A DNA stretch of 64,000 nucleotides, taken from Candidatus Heimdallarchaeota archaeon. Lineage in GTDB: Archaea > Asgardarchaeota > Heimdallarchaeia > Heimdallarchaeales > Heimdallarchaeaceae. Positions 38,107 to 48,505 of the stretch are shown here, in pieces. A model generated the notes under the pieces. It was given only the letters and a program-made list of their open reading frames with translations. It was not told the origin of the DNA and did no database searches. The position numbers were made by a program, and so were the translations under genes. Positions within the stretch are counted from its first letter, which is position 1. Each line of letters opens with the position of its first letter. Location: the NCBI GenBank assembly GCA_016839945.1, contig JAEOTE010000108.1, forward strand, positions 1 to 64,000, given 5' to 3'.

Positions 38107-39503
38107 TATTTAACCTCCTCATAATGACTCCTTCCCTTTAACTCACCGTTAAGATATTTTATACGAATTTCTTGAGCAAAATCTGTAGGATAGCTACCAG
38201 ATAGGCAGGCTAAACATAAATCAGAAGTGCCAATTGATTTTTTTAATGAATCTATGCTTTGGTAATATAGCGCATCAACATTCAGAATATTCTTTATTTC
38301 TTCGAGAGTATTCCCAGATGCTATAAGCTCATCATCAGAAGGAAAATCTATTCCATAATAACAAGCAAAACGTATAGCTGGACATGTTAATGCGAAGTGA
38401 ATTTTATTCGCTCCTAATTCTCTCAAATCCTTAACTATTTTCTGACTAGTTAGACCTCTAACAATTGAATCATCAACAACCAAAATGTTCTTTCCATTAA
38501 TGTATTCTGGAGAGTAAAGATATTTTCTTTTAGCAACATCAAACCTTTCTTTTTTACTTTTCATGATAAATGTTCTTTATAAATATCTGTTCTTTATGAT
38601 AGCTTCCCTAATTGGAATACCTAGAACCTCTGATAATCCTTGACTTGCTGGTCTAGAAGTGTCAGGAACAGGTACTATAAAGTCTATCTCTATTTCTTCT
38701 TGCTTAATTCGATAACCTAATTCCTTTCCTAGTTGTAATCGAATATCATACACTAGTTTCTTATCTAAAACAGAACAAGGATTTGCAAAATATACATATT
38801 CAAACATGCAATAAGCATGATCTTTGGTTGATAATTGAGTTCTTTCAATGCTACTTCTTACAATAAGTAGCTCCCCTGGTTTTACGTTGATAAATTTATT
38901 AATTTTCATATTTTGAAGAACAACACTTTCTGAAGATAAGATAGTTAATGTTTTATTTTGACCTAGAACTAATGGTCGAATACCTCTTGGATCTCGGAAA
39001 GCAAAAACAAAATCTTTGTATATTCCTACAATTGAATAACTGCCATCTATTTTTTCCATAAAAACTCTAATTGCTTGCTCTAGATCTCCTTCTTTTTCAT
39101 TTAGTATTTCTCCAAGAAATTCAACAATAAAACTGGTATCACTTTCATAGTTTTTATCAGAAAGTACTGGAATATTAGTGATATTTCCGTTATGTACAAG
39201 AGTTAATTTTCCATACTTCGTTTTATACAAAAATGGCTGTGCATATTGTTCTGTATTTAATGAGTTAATTCTATTTCCAAATGTTGGATACCTAGTAGAG
39301 CCTATCAACATGCCAACTTCTTTTTCATCATCAACATCTAGCAAATCAGGATAACTATCTTTTTTTGAAATCAATATCTCATTATTCTTTTCCTCCAACC
39401 AAGCAATACCACTTGCATCTTGCCCTCTATGTGTAAGCATTTGAAGTAAGATTTTTCCTTGCCCAAGGGTTGTTGGACCAATAATACCTAGAACGCCACA
39501 CAT
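38106..39503 (-). pseudogene. purF: Amidophosphoribosyltransferase interrupted by one in-frame TAA (38577-38579)
   Basis: MCG start, HRGQD, HNGNI, RDPRGIRPL, CMFEYVYF, VPVPD, KNRYL*RTFIM, VDDSIVRG, CYYGID, CLAC. ORFs 38577-39512 and 38106-38564 are in the same frame. Confidence 0.88.
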
Positions 39504-39504
39504 C

Positions 39505-40107
39505 TTATGCAATCCTCACTTTGTTTTTGATGAGATTTACTCTATTTTCGGATATTAACTTGATAGCTAGAGGTAAAATTTCGTGCTCCTTTTCTAAAAT
39601 TCTATTAGATAATGAAAATTCTGTATCATCATCTTTAACATCAACAGTTTTCTGAATAATAATTGGTCCTTTATCAACCATTTCATTCACGAAATGAACA
39701 GTACAACCTGTAATCTTGACACCACAATCTAAAGCTTGTTTTTGAGCATTTAATCCAGGAAATGCTGGTAACAAGGATGGATGAATGTTGATAATTTTGT
39801 TTTTAAATTGTTTAATAAAAGAAGGAGATAAAATTCTCATAAATCCTGCAAGAACAACTAATTCAATATCATTAGATTTTATGATTTGAGCAAGCTCCTT
39901 ATCATATGCTTCTTTTGATTTGAAATTATTTGATTCCAACCAAGCAGTTTTTTTACCAAACTCTTTTGCATATTTTAATCCTTCAGCTTTAGAATTATTT
40001 GAAATAATTAGTTTAACTTGAGCTTTAGCTATTTTTTTATTTCTTTCAGCTTCTAAAATTGCTTTGAGGTTAGATCCTCTTCCGGAAATTAGAATAGCTA
40101 CGTTCAT
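39505..40107 (-). CDS. purN: Phosphoribosylglycinamide formyltransferase
   Basis: ISGRGSNL, LAGFMRIL, NIHPSLLP, GCTVHFV...DKGPII. ATG 40107 follows GGTGA. Confidence 0.96.
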   Translation of the reverse strand: MNVAILISGRGSNLKAILEAERNKKIAKAQVKLIISNNSKAEGLKYAKEFGKKTAWLESNNFKSKEAYDKELAQIIKSNDIELVVLAGFMRILSPSFIKQFKNKIINIHPSLLPAFPGLNAQKQALDCGVKITGCTVHFVNEMVDKGPIIIQKTVDVKDDDTEFSLSNRILEKEHEILPLAIKLISENRVNLIKNKVRIA

Positions 40108-40111
40108 GATA

Positions 40112-41146
40112 TCACCTTTTGAAAAGTACGTCATATTGAGGAATGGTGATTATTGGATCTTCGATTATTTTTCCTAGAATAAATGTTTCAAAATGCTGAT
40201 TTAAGATAGATAAAGATTTTTCAGCTTCCTCTTTTGGAACAACAACAACAAAACCAACACCCATGTTAAAAACTGAAAACATTTCCTGATAGGAGATATT
40301 TCCTAAACTCCTTATTTCCTTAAAGATATCTTGTGGAGTAGGGAATTTTGTAATCTCAAAACCTAGTTTTGTCAATCTGAAGAGTTTGTTAAATCCCCCA
40401 CCAGTAATATGAGCTAATCCATTAACTTTACATTCATTTAGTAGTTCTTCTATTGCATTAACATAAATTCTTGTAGGAATCAGAAGCTCCTCTGAAACAG
40501 ATTTATTCCAAGGGAATTCTTCGGTTAAATCATATTTTGCAGATAAAACTTTTCTAGCAACTGTAAAACCATTTGAATGTATACCACTACTAGATATTCC
40601 TAAAATTATATCTCCTGCTTTAATATCAGAACCATCAACCAAATCATCTAATTCAACGATTCCAATCGCACTTCCAGCTAAATCAAAAGAATGTGACTTT
40701 TTTGCTAGCAACTCAGGAATCGTTGCAAGTTCTCCTCCTAATATAGGAATTGATGCCTTTTCACATCCAACATGGATTCCTTTCATAATTTCTTCTATGA
40801 TTCCTTCATCCAACTCTGATACAGCTAAGTAATCAACAAAACCTTTTGGAGATATTCCCATCGATAACAAATCATTAACATTCATTGCTACACAATCAAT
40901 TCCCACAGTATCATATTTTTGTGCTTCTTGAGCAACTAGAAGTTTTGTTCCAACTCCATCTGTCACAAGAGCTATACCAAAATCTCCAAACTTGATCAGA
41001 TTTGCATAATGACCTTCTTTTGATACAATATCTCCAAATTTAAATGAATTTTTAACATATTTATTGATTTTTTTGAGAACTTGAGCTTCAATTGATAAGT
41101 CAACTCCTGCTTCTGCATAAGTTGATGGTACAGATGCTTCATTCAT
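40112..41146 (-). CDS. purM: AIR synthetase
   Basis: [39 protein letters not shown]. Confidence 0.96.
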   Translation of the reverse strand: MNEASVPSTYAEAGVDLSIEAQVLKKINKYVKNSFKFGDIVSKEGHYANLIKFGDFGIALVTDGVGTKLLVAQEAQKYDTVGIDCVAMNVNDLLSMGISPKGFVDYLAVSELDEGIIEEIMKGIHVGCEKASIPILGGELATIPELLAKKSHSFDLAGSAIGIVELDDLVDGSDIKAGDIILGISSSGIHSNGFTVARKVLSAKYDLTEEFPWNKSVSEELLIPTRIYVNAIEELLNECKVNGLAHITGGGFNKLFRLTKLGFEITKFPTPQDIFKEIRSLGNISYQEMFSVFNMGVGFVVVVPKEEAEKSLSILNQHFETFILGKIIEDPIITIPQYDVLFKR

Positions 41147-41525
41147 TGCAAACACCTAAAATCCTAATTGCCAAATATGCTGCATTATGACCATTATCTA
41201 TTCCAACAGTAGCTACAGGAACTCCTTTTGGCATTTGAGCAATAGATAGCAATGCATCTAAACCATTTAAAGCAGCAGAAACAGGAACTCCAATAACAGG
41301 TTTTTCTGTGAGAGATGCAACTACTCCTGGTAAAGCTGCTGCTAAACCAGCTATACAAATAAACACTCTTGCTTCAGAATTCTTTACTTTTTCAACTAAT
41401 TTTTCATGATCTCTGTGTGCAGATATGTAATTAACTTTGAAAGATACATTGTTCTCATCAAGAATTTTGGTTGTTTTCTTCACTATTTTTTCATCACTCT
41501 TGCTACCAGCAATAATCTCTATCAT
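41139..41525 (-). CDS. purE: N5-CAIR mutase / AIR carboxylase
   Basis: [32 protein letters not shown]. Confidence 0.95.
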   Translation of the reverse strand: MIEIIAGSKSDEKIVKKTTKILDENNVSFKVNYISAHRDHEKLVEKVKNSEARVFICIAGLAAALPGVVASLTEKPVIGVPVSAALNGLDALLSIAQMPKGVPVATVGIDNGHNAAYLAIRILGVCNE

Positions 41526-41526
41526 T

Positions 41527-43701
41527 TTAATCCTCCATATGTTTTGGAATTGCTTTTTTCCATTCTTCTCTTAATTCTTCAATATTAAACGAAATATTAT
41601 CATCAATTACAATTGTTTGCTCTGAGGTTGTTTCTCCTACTAATACAAATGAAGTGATATTATTTTGAATTACATTACTTTTTTCAAATTTAGAAGAGTT
41701 AATCTCAACTATGTATCTTGCAGGACTCTCTGAGAAAAGAAATTCTTCTTTTTTTATTCTATAACTTTTGAAAATCCCTTCTATATCCAGTTTTGCCCCT
41801 ATGTTATTTTCAAAAGCCATTTCAGCCAAAGTAACAATGAAACCACCATTTGAAATATCATGACAACTCTCTATGATACCTTCTTGGTTAAGTTCTTCAA
41901 TTAACTTCCTTGATTCTTCTTCTCTTTTTCTATCATACGGAGTGATTTTTCCTTGAAGAATTCCATGGTTATATCGTAGAAATTCAGAACCATTTAGATT
42001 GTCATCAAAAGGACCAATACATGCAATTAGATTTTCCTTCTTCTGAAAAGAATTCTTGATTATTTTCTTAGGATCTTCAATAATTCCTAACATTCCAATT
42101 GTCGGTGTCGGGTTGATTCTATCTCTTTGGTCTCTTATGCTTGTTTCATTATAAAAAGACACATTACCACCAACAATAGGTATCTGAAAATCATGAGAAA
42201 AGATTCCTAATCCTTTCACTGATTCTACAAATTGCCAGTATGAATCAGGTTGTTCAGGATTGCCAAAATTGAGACAATCAACAATAGCTATAGGTTTTGC
42301 TCCAACTGAGACTAGATTTCTCATAGCTTCAGCGGCACTATTAGCTGTTCCATTATATGGATCTAAATATACACTGAAAGAATTACAATCTAAAGATGCA
42401 GCGATATATTTCTCGTTATCTAGGCGTAAAACAGCTGAGTCATTTCCAGCAGAATAAACAGTTTGAGTCTGAACATGTTGATCATACTGTTGATAAACCC
42501 AAGATTTATCTCCGATGTTTGGGGATGAGAAGAGTTTCAGAATTTCTCCTCTTAGGTCATTGATTTCAGGTATCTCTCTAAATTCCTTATTAATATAATC
42601 AGGAGGTTTCATACTTCTTTCAGGTTCTGGGAAACCTTCAACTATCAAGTCAACTGGTAAATCTAACACTTTGTTCCCTTTGTAATAAGCAATGCAGTGA
42701 GAGTTTCCAGTTACCTCTCCAATCACAGCATAGACAAGATCTCTTTGTTTCAGTAACTCTTCTACTATTGAGAGGTTCTTTGCATTAACCACTCCTAACA
42801 TCCTTTCTTGAGATTCAGATACAAATATTTCCCATGGTTCCATATCTTCTTCTCTTAATGGAACATCCTCAAGCCTGATTATTGCCCCAGTGTTTCCTTT
42901 TTGTGTCATTTCTGATACTGCACAACTTAATCCTCCACCCCCTAAATCCTGCAATCCACACAGCAATTCTTTTTCTACTAACTCTAAAGTAACATCTATC
43001 AGAATCTTCTCTTTTAATGGGTCCCCTATTTGCACTGCAGGTCTATCTTTATCACTTCTATCACTTAGATCTTTTGAAGCAAAAGAAACACCATGAATCC
43101 CATCTCTCCCTGTTCTAGCACCATACAAAACTAGAAAATCACCGGGTTTAGAAGCTATACTACGAACTACTTTATTCTTTTGAACTACACCAACACACAT
43201 TGCATTGACTAAGCAGTTATTTTCGAAAGAGCTTGCGAACTCTACTTCTCCTCCAACTGTAGGGATACCACAGCAGTTTCCATAGAAGGATATTCCCCTT
43301 ACAACATTTTCAAACAAATGTTGGGAATGTGGTGATTCTAACTCACCGAAACGAATTGAATCTAATATTGCGATAGGTTTACACCCTTGAGATAAAATAT
43401 CTCTTATAATTCCACCAACTCCTGTTGCTGCACCATCATAGGGTGAAATTGCAGATGGATGATTGTGGCTTTCTAATCCTAAGCCTACTAACAAATCATC
43501 ACCTAGATTAATCAAACCAGCTCCTTCACCCATCCCTAATTCTATGTATGGTGCAGTATCATTAAACAAATGAAACCATCTTTTTGAAGATTTATACGAA
43601 CAGTGTTCCGACCACATTGCTTCAAAAACTGCTAATTCTGCCTTATTGGGTTCTCTTCCTAATTCATCCATAACTTTTCCATATTCTTCTGTAGTTAGCA
43701 T
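41527..43701 (-). CDS. purL: FGAM synthase synthetase subunit (small PurL)
   Basis: [48 protein letters not shown]. Confidence 0.97.
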   Translation of the reverse strand: MLTTEEYGKVMDELGREPNKAELAVFEAMWSEHCSYKSSKRWFHLFNDTAPYIELGMGEGAGLINLGDDLLVGLGLESHNHPSAISPYDGAATGVGGIIRDILSQGCKPIAILDSIRFGELESPHSQHLFENVVRGISFYGNCCGIPTVGGEVEFASSFENNCLVNAMCVGVVQKNKVVRSIASKPGDFLVLYGARTGRDGIHGVSFASKDLSDRSDKDRPAVQIGDPLKEKILIDVTLELVEKELLCGLQDLGGGGLSCAVSEMTQKGNTGAIIRLEDVPLREEDMEPWEIFVSESQERMLGVVNAKNLSIVEELLKQRDLVYAVIGEVTGNSHCIAYYKGNKVLDLPVDLIVEGFPEPERSMKPPDYINKEFREIPEINDLRGEILKLFSSPNIGDKSWVYQQYDQHVQTQTVYSAGNDSAVLRLDNEKYIAASLDCNSFSVYLDPYNGTANSAAEAMRNLVSVGAKPIAIVDCLNFGNPEQPDSYWQFVESVKGLGIFSHDFQIPIVGGNVSFYNETSIRDQRDRINPTPTIGMLGIIEDPKKIIKNSFQKKENLIACIGPFDDNLNGSEFLRYNHGILQGKITPYDRKREEESRKLIEELNQEGIIESCHDISNGGFIVTLAEMAFENNIGAKLDIEGIFKSYRIKKEEFLFSESPARYIVEINSSKFEKSNVIQNNITSFVLVGETTSEQTIVIDDNISFNIEELREEWKKAIPKHMED

Positions 43702-44390
43702 TTAATTTCCTCCAATAGGTTTTCAAAAATTTGAATACCATCTTTTGAACCAAGATATTCAAAGCTAGCTCTTTCTGGATGAGGCATTAATCCTAAAACA
43801 TTACCTCTAGAGTTTGTTATTCCTGCAATATTGTTAACTGAACCATTTGGATTGCTTTCCAGTGTGATATCTCCATTCTCATCACAATACTGAAATGCAA
43901 CCTGATTCTTTGATTTCAACAACTCAATTTCTTTTTCCTTATCGTAATATCTGCCATCGAAATGAGCTATGGGTAATCGGAGAACTTTACCATTTGTGTT
44001 TCTTAAAAGAGGACTATTGCTATTTTCTGATTTTAGATAAATCCATTTCGAGATAAACTTAGTTGAAGTGTTTGTTGTAAGTACTCCTGGCAATATCTTT
44101 GTTTCACATAATATTTGGAAACCATTACATACTCCAATTACAAAACGTCCAGAATCAACAAAATGTTGAAGTTCTTCCATCATGGGTGATTGAGCAGCAA
44201 GAGCCCCTGGTCTCAGATAATCTCCGTATGAGAACCCACCAGCTATGATTAAAGCATCAAAATCATCTAAAGGTTTATTTTCATATTGTTTTACAAGAAT
44301 ACCTTTGACATTCAATTCCGAAAGTGCACGCAAAACATCCTGTTCATTATTAGTTCCAGGATATTTTGTTACACCTATTTTCATTTTCAC
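43695..44390 (-). CDS. purQ: FGAM synthase glutaminase subunit
   Basis: GGFSYGDYLR, GVCNGFQIL, NPNGS, MPHPER. Confidence 0.96.
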   Translation of the reverse strand: MKMKIGVTKYPGTNNEQDVLRALSELNVKGILVKQYENKPLDDFDALIIAGGFSYGDYLRPGALAAQSPMMEELQHFVDSGRFVIGVCNGFQILCETKILPGVLTTNTSTKFISKWIYLKSENSNSPLLRNTNGKVLRLPIAHFDGRYYDKEKEIELLKSKNQVAFQYCDENGDITLESNPNGSVNNIAGITNSRGNVLGLMPHPERASFEYLGSKDGIQIFENLLEEIKC

Positions 44391-45370
44391 ACCTGGAGTT
44401 TATCACTTCCAAAATAAATTTCGTAAGAATGATTTTCGATTAGTGGATTAGAGAGAATATCTCTACTAATTTTCTCAATTTTTTCTTGTAATGCAAAAGA
44501 TGGAGTTTCTGAGAACAATAAAAATGAGCTTTTACCCACCCTTACATCTTCAATATTTTTGAATTCTTTTCGTTTTAATGATCTTAATGTTACTTCTCCA
44601 GCGGGATCTAAAACAGATTCTTTCAATTTTATAATTACTCTAACAGACGATTTCAAATGTAGAGGAGGAAGAGATTTTATTTGTTCTAATCTTTCTTGAA
44701 TGTCTTTATAATGAATAATCACATCTCCAAGATTTTGACGATATCTATCTTTATCCTTTATTTCACCTGATTCTTTTTCCCATAACCTCATTGTATCAGC
44801 TGAAATTTCATCAGCAATTACTATTCTTCCATTAGATGTTTTTCCAAATTCTAGTTTAAAATCAACTAATATTAATGATATAGACTCAAATATTTTTCTT
44901 AGAGTTTCGTTAACTGCACGTGTAATTGCTTCAAGTAAAATTGCTTCTTTCTTTTCAATCATTCCTAAAACAATTGCTACGTCTGATGTTATTAATGGAT
45001 CATGAAGCTCATCATCTTTTACAAAAAACTCTATTAACGGTACATCAAATTCTATTCCTTTATTTAATCCATATCTTTTACATAGACTCCCAGCGGAATA
45101 GTTTCTACAAACAACTTCGACCGGTAGTATTTCTACTCTTTTGCACATGAGTTCAGTATCAGTTAATTTCTTGATAAAGTGAGTTTCAAAACCATAATCA
45201 TTTAGAATTTCGAAGAGCTTTGTTGATATCAAGCAATTAATTTTTCCTTTATCAGTTATTTCCTCTTTTTTAATTCCATCAAATGCAGATATTGAATCCC
45301 TGAAGACAATTTTCACACTATCTTCATCTACTTCAATAACATCTTTTGCCTTGCCAGAGTATACAACCAT
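44387..45370 (-). CDS. purC: SAICAR synthetase fused to C-terminal PurS
   Basis: YSGKAK, EVVCRN, KDDELHDP, LVDFKLEFG, ADEISADTMRLW, DKDRYR; then PurS motifs LKESVLDPAG, VRVGK, LSNPLIE. Confidence 0.93.
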   Translation of the reverse strand: MVVYSGKAKDVIEVDEDSVKIVFRDSISAFDGIKKEEITDKGKINCLISTKLFEILNDYGFETHFIKKLTDTELMCKRVEILPVEVVCRNYSAGSLCKRYGLNKGIEFDVPLIEFFVKDDELHDPLITSDVAIVLGMIEKKEAILLEAITRAVNETLRKIFESISLILVDFKLEFGKTSNGRIVIADEISADTMRLWEKESGEIKDKDRYRQNLGDVIIHYKDIQERLEQIKSLPPLHLKSSVRVIIKLKESVLDPAGEVTLRSLKRKEFKNIEDVRVGKSSFLLFSETPSFALQEKIEKISRDILSNPLIENHSYEIYFGSDKLQV

Positions 45371-45537
45371 TCAAACACCAATTTACATTGTTTTGCAAAC
45401 TGTTGATATATGTTTTCTGCGAGCATTTCATAAATCACTTAATAAACTTTACTAATCTATAAAAACCTAAAATGATTTAGGGAGACTACAATAATTGACA
45501 GCTTTGTGCATTTGACTATTCCATTTTTGTTTTCAAA

Positions 45538-45565
45538 TTGCATAATATTGCAAAATTTTATATAA
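45538..45565 (+). promoter_or_regulatory. Dyad TTGCA-N6-TGCAA followed by TATA box of the regulator/purP operon
   Basis: TTGCATAATATTGCAA at 45538-45553, then TTTTATATAA at 45556-45565, ~20-30 bp before the start codon. Confidence 0.5.
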
Positions 45566-45583
45566 GCTATATTAATTTTACAA

Positions 45584-46366
45584 GTGATGAGTTCAGCAGA
45601 AAGCTATATTGATGCTCAAGAAAAATTAATGACTCTGAATTTGTTAAAAATGGCATTTAAGAAATTTGAAACACTGGAAACTTTTCGCAGTTACCTTTCC
45701 GGCAAAGGAGTCGAAATATCTGTAGCAAATTTATCTAGGTACATAAATGGAAAAGCTCTTCCAAAATCTAAACTTAAAAATGAGCTATTAAAAATACTTG
45801 TTGAAAATAAAGATTTAGGGTTAACAATTAGTCAGCTAATAAAAGAACACATAGATATTTGGACTAATGAAGATGGAAGAATTGCTGTAACTAATACATA
45901 TTTACTTAATGATTCTAAAACATTGAAAGCAATTCTCTTCTTGGCAATATATCGTAATATCATACCTAGAGAAGTTGACAAAGTCATCACTGCAGAAGTT
46001 GATGGAATTCCAATAGCAATGACATTAGCTCATTTATTAAACATTGATTGTGTTTATGCACGTAGGAAGAAACCTCTTGGATCTACTAGCATAATAGGAG
46101 AAGATATCCAATCTACAAGTTCTGGAAGATTAGAAACTATTTATTTTCCAGACAATTTTATCCGTCAAAGAGAGAGAGTCTTAATTGTTGACGATATTAT
46201 AAGATCTGGTTCAACACAAAAAGCTTTAGTAAACTTGGTTCGTAAAACAGGGGGTATTCCTGCAAAAATAATCATCTTAACAGGAATTGGTGCCCATTGG
46301 AAGAATATTACAGAACTAGATACAATTCCTTTCAAAGTTTTAAAAACACTATCTGATGAAAACTGA
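45584..46366 (+). CDS. HTH plus PRTase-fold protein, putative PRPP-sensing purine regulator (PurR-like architecture)
   Basis: N-terminal ISVANLSRYINGKALP HTH; TAEVDGIP, ARRKK, VLIVDDIIRSGST. Confidence 0.8.
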   Translation: MMSSAESYIDAQEKLMTLNLLKMAFKKFETLETFRSYLSGKGVEISVANLSRYINGKALPKSKLKNELLKILVENKDLGLTISQLIKEHIDIWTNEDGRIAVTNTYLLNDSKTLKAILFLAIYRNIIPREVDKVITAEVDGIPIAMTLAHLLNIDCVYARRKKPLGSTSIIGEDIQSTSSGRLETIYFPDNFIRQRERVLIVDDIIRSGSTQKALVNLVRKTGGIPAKIIILTGIGAHWKNITELDTIPFKVLKTLSDEN

Positions 46367-46375
46367 CAAGAATTA

Positions 46376-47470
46376 TTGGTGAATTTAATGATACAAAATA
46401 CAATCCAACAATACAATCTTGAGGATATAACAATAGGAGTGTTAGCTTCTCATTCAGCTTTGGATGTTCTAGATGGAGCAAAGAGAGTAGGTTTCAAAAC
46501 ACTAGCTATTTGTGAAAAAGGTAGAGAAGAACCTTACACACGATTTCAGAGAATCATTGATGAGATGATTGTATTAGAGAAATTTTCTGATATATTTGGT
46601 ATTCAAGACGATATGAAAAAGAAAAATTGCATTTTTGTTCCCAATCGTTCTTTTGTTGTATATTGCGGTTTTGATCGAATAGAAAATGAATTCGAAATAC
46701 CAATGTTTGGGAGTAGATCATTGCTTAAAGTTGAAGAAAGAACAGGAGAAAATAATTATTACAAAATATTAGATGAAGCGAAGATAAGATATCCTAGAGT
46801 ATATAATTCTTCTAAAGAAATAGACGGTCCAGTAATGTGCAAAATCCCACATGCTAAACAGAGAGTAGAAAGAGGTTTCTTTATTGCAAAAAACCAAGAC
46901 GAGTTTGATAGAGAATTAAGAAAGAGAATAGAGAGTGGAACAATTTTAGAAGAAGATCTTAAGGAAGCTTCTATTGAAGAATATATCACAGGTGTCCCAT
47001 TTAATTTTAATCTATTCTTTTCTCCAGTTTATGAAAGAAATGAGCTTCTTGGAATTGACAGAAGGTTTGTTACAGATTTAGATGGAATTGTTAGAATACC
47101 TGCAAATCAACAACTAAAATTAGATTTGGAAGAAGAGATGAAGGAAATTGGTAATTATGCCGTTACTCTTCGTGAATCTATGCTTAAGCATGTCTTTCCG
47201 ATGGGAGATAATTTTGTTCAAGCAACAAAATCACTTTATCCTCCTGGTATTATTGGACCTTTTGCATTGCAAACTATGATTACTAAAAACTATGAGTTTA
47301 TTGTATTTGATGTTTCTATGCGGATGGGAGGAGGAACCAACAGTTTCATGGGTATCGGTAGTCAATATTCAGCTGTTTATTGGGGAGAGCCAGTTTCAGC
47401 AGGAAAGAGAGTTAGTATGGAAATTCAAGAAGCAATTAAAGAAAGAAAATTGCATCAAATAGTTACATAA
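46376..47470 (+). CDS. purP: PurP-like ATP-grasp protein (paralog 1)
   Basis: ASHSALD, VPNRSF, ERGFF, TLRES, IIGPFALQ, RMGGGTN. Confidence 0.85.
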   Translation: MVNLMIQNTIQQYNLEDITIGVLASHSALDVLDGAKRVGFKTLAICEKGREEPYTRFQRIIDEMIVLEKFSDIFGIQDDMKKKNCIFVPNRSFVVYCGFDRIENEFEIPMFGSRSLLKVEERTGENNYYKILDEAKIRYPRVYNSSKEIDGPVMCKIPHAKQRVERGFFIAKNQDEFDRELRKRIESGTILEEDLKEASIEEYITGVPFNFNLFFSPVYERNELLGIDRRFVTDLDGIVRIPANQQLKLDLEEEMKEIGNYAVTLRESMLKHVFPMGDNFVQATKSLYPPGIIGPFALQTMITKNYEFIVFDVSMRMGGGTNSFMGIGSQYSAVYWGEPVSAGKRVSMEIQEAIKERKLHQIVT

Positions 47471-47493
47471 TTTGAAATGTGAAGTGAGATAAA

Positions 47494-48489
47494 TTGATAA
47501 TATCAACAATAGGTAGTCATTCAGCTTTGCAAATCCTTTTTGGAGCAAAACAAGAGGGATTAAACACAAAGATTTACTGCTTGAAAGGTAGGCAGAAAAT
47601 TTATGAAGATTATAAAGTTACAAAGCAAATTGTACTTCTTGATTCTTATGAAGAATTATTAGAAATGCAACCTGAAGTAAATGAGATTTTCATCCCTCAT
47701 GGAACTCTAATTGCCACGTTAAATGAGAAAGTTACAGAAGTCTCTCTTCCTATTTTTGGAAATAGAGATTCTATGCTCTGGGAGATGAACAGAGAGAAAA
47801 ATCACCAACTCCTTGAAAAAGCGGGAATAAGAACACCAAAATCCTATAAAATTGACGAGATAGATCGTCTTTGTATTGTAAAATTTCCAGGAGCAAAAGG
47901 AGGAGATGGATACTTTCTATGCTCTTCTCCTTCAGAATATGAGGAGAAACTATCAGTTCTAATAAATCAAGGTAAGATTCAAAAAGAAGAAGTGTTAGGA
48001 GCTCAAATTCAGGAGTATATTGCAGGAGTTACAATGTATCCTCATTACTTTAATTCTATAATTTACGATCGCGTTGAGATGTTAGGAATAGATAGAAGAT
48101 ATGAAACAAACGCAGATGCACTAGGAAGACTTTCTCAGGAGAAGTTAGACATTGGTCTTTCATACAAAGTAGTAGGTAATCAACCATTGATAATTAGGGA
48201 ATCATTACTTCCAAGGATTATTGAATATGGAGAAAATCTATTAACTGCATCAAAAGAACTCTTTTCTCCAGGATTGATAGGACCCTATTGTATAGAACTA
48301 GCCATAACTCCTGATGAAATTATAGCTTTTGAATTCACAAGTAGAATTGTAGCAGGTACTAGTTTGTATGTTAACGGTTCTCCTTATTCGAAGATTCTTT
48401 TCAATGAAGAGATGAGTATGGCTCGAAGGATTGCTAGAGAAATCAAAATGGCAATGGGGCAAAGAAGGTTAGATGAATTAATATCATGA
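47494..48489 (+). CDS. purP: Formate-dependent FAICAR synthetase PurP (paralog 2)
   Basis: GSHSALQI, IPHG, GAKGG.GYF, IDRRYE, RESLL, FE...RIVAGT. Confidence 0.88.
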   Translation: MIISTIGSHSALQILFGAKQEGLNTKIYCLKGRQKIYEDYKVTKQIVLLDSYEELLEMQPEVNEIFIPHGTLIATLNEKVTEVSLPIFGNRDSMLWEMNREKNHQLLEKAGIRTPKSYKIDEIDRLCIVKFPGAKGGDGYFLCSSPSEYEEKLSVLINQGKIQKEEVLGAQIQEYIAGVTMYPHYFNSIIYDRVEMLGIDRRYETNADALGRLSQEKLDIGLSYKVVGNQPLIIRESLLPRIIEYGENLLTASKELFSPGLIGPYCIELAITPDEIIAFEFTSRIVAGTSLYVNGSPYSKILFNEEMSMARRIAREIKMAMGQRRLDELIS

Positions 48490-48505
48490 GACAATAGGTG
48501 GAAGA

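Noticed and set aside
38565-38579. purF split as a programmed frameshift, Sec/Pyl recoding or alternative genetic code
   Set aside because: Both halves are in the same frame; the codon is TAA (not TGA/TAG); TAA terminates many ordinary genes in this window.
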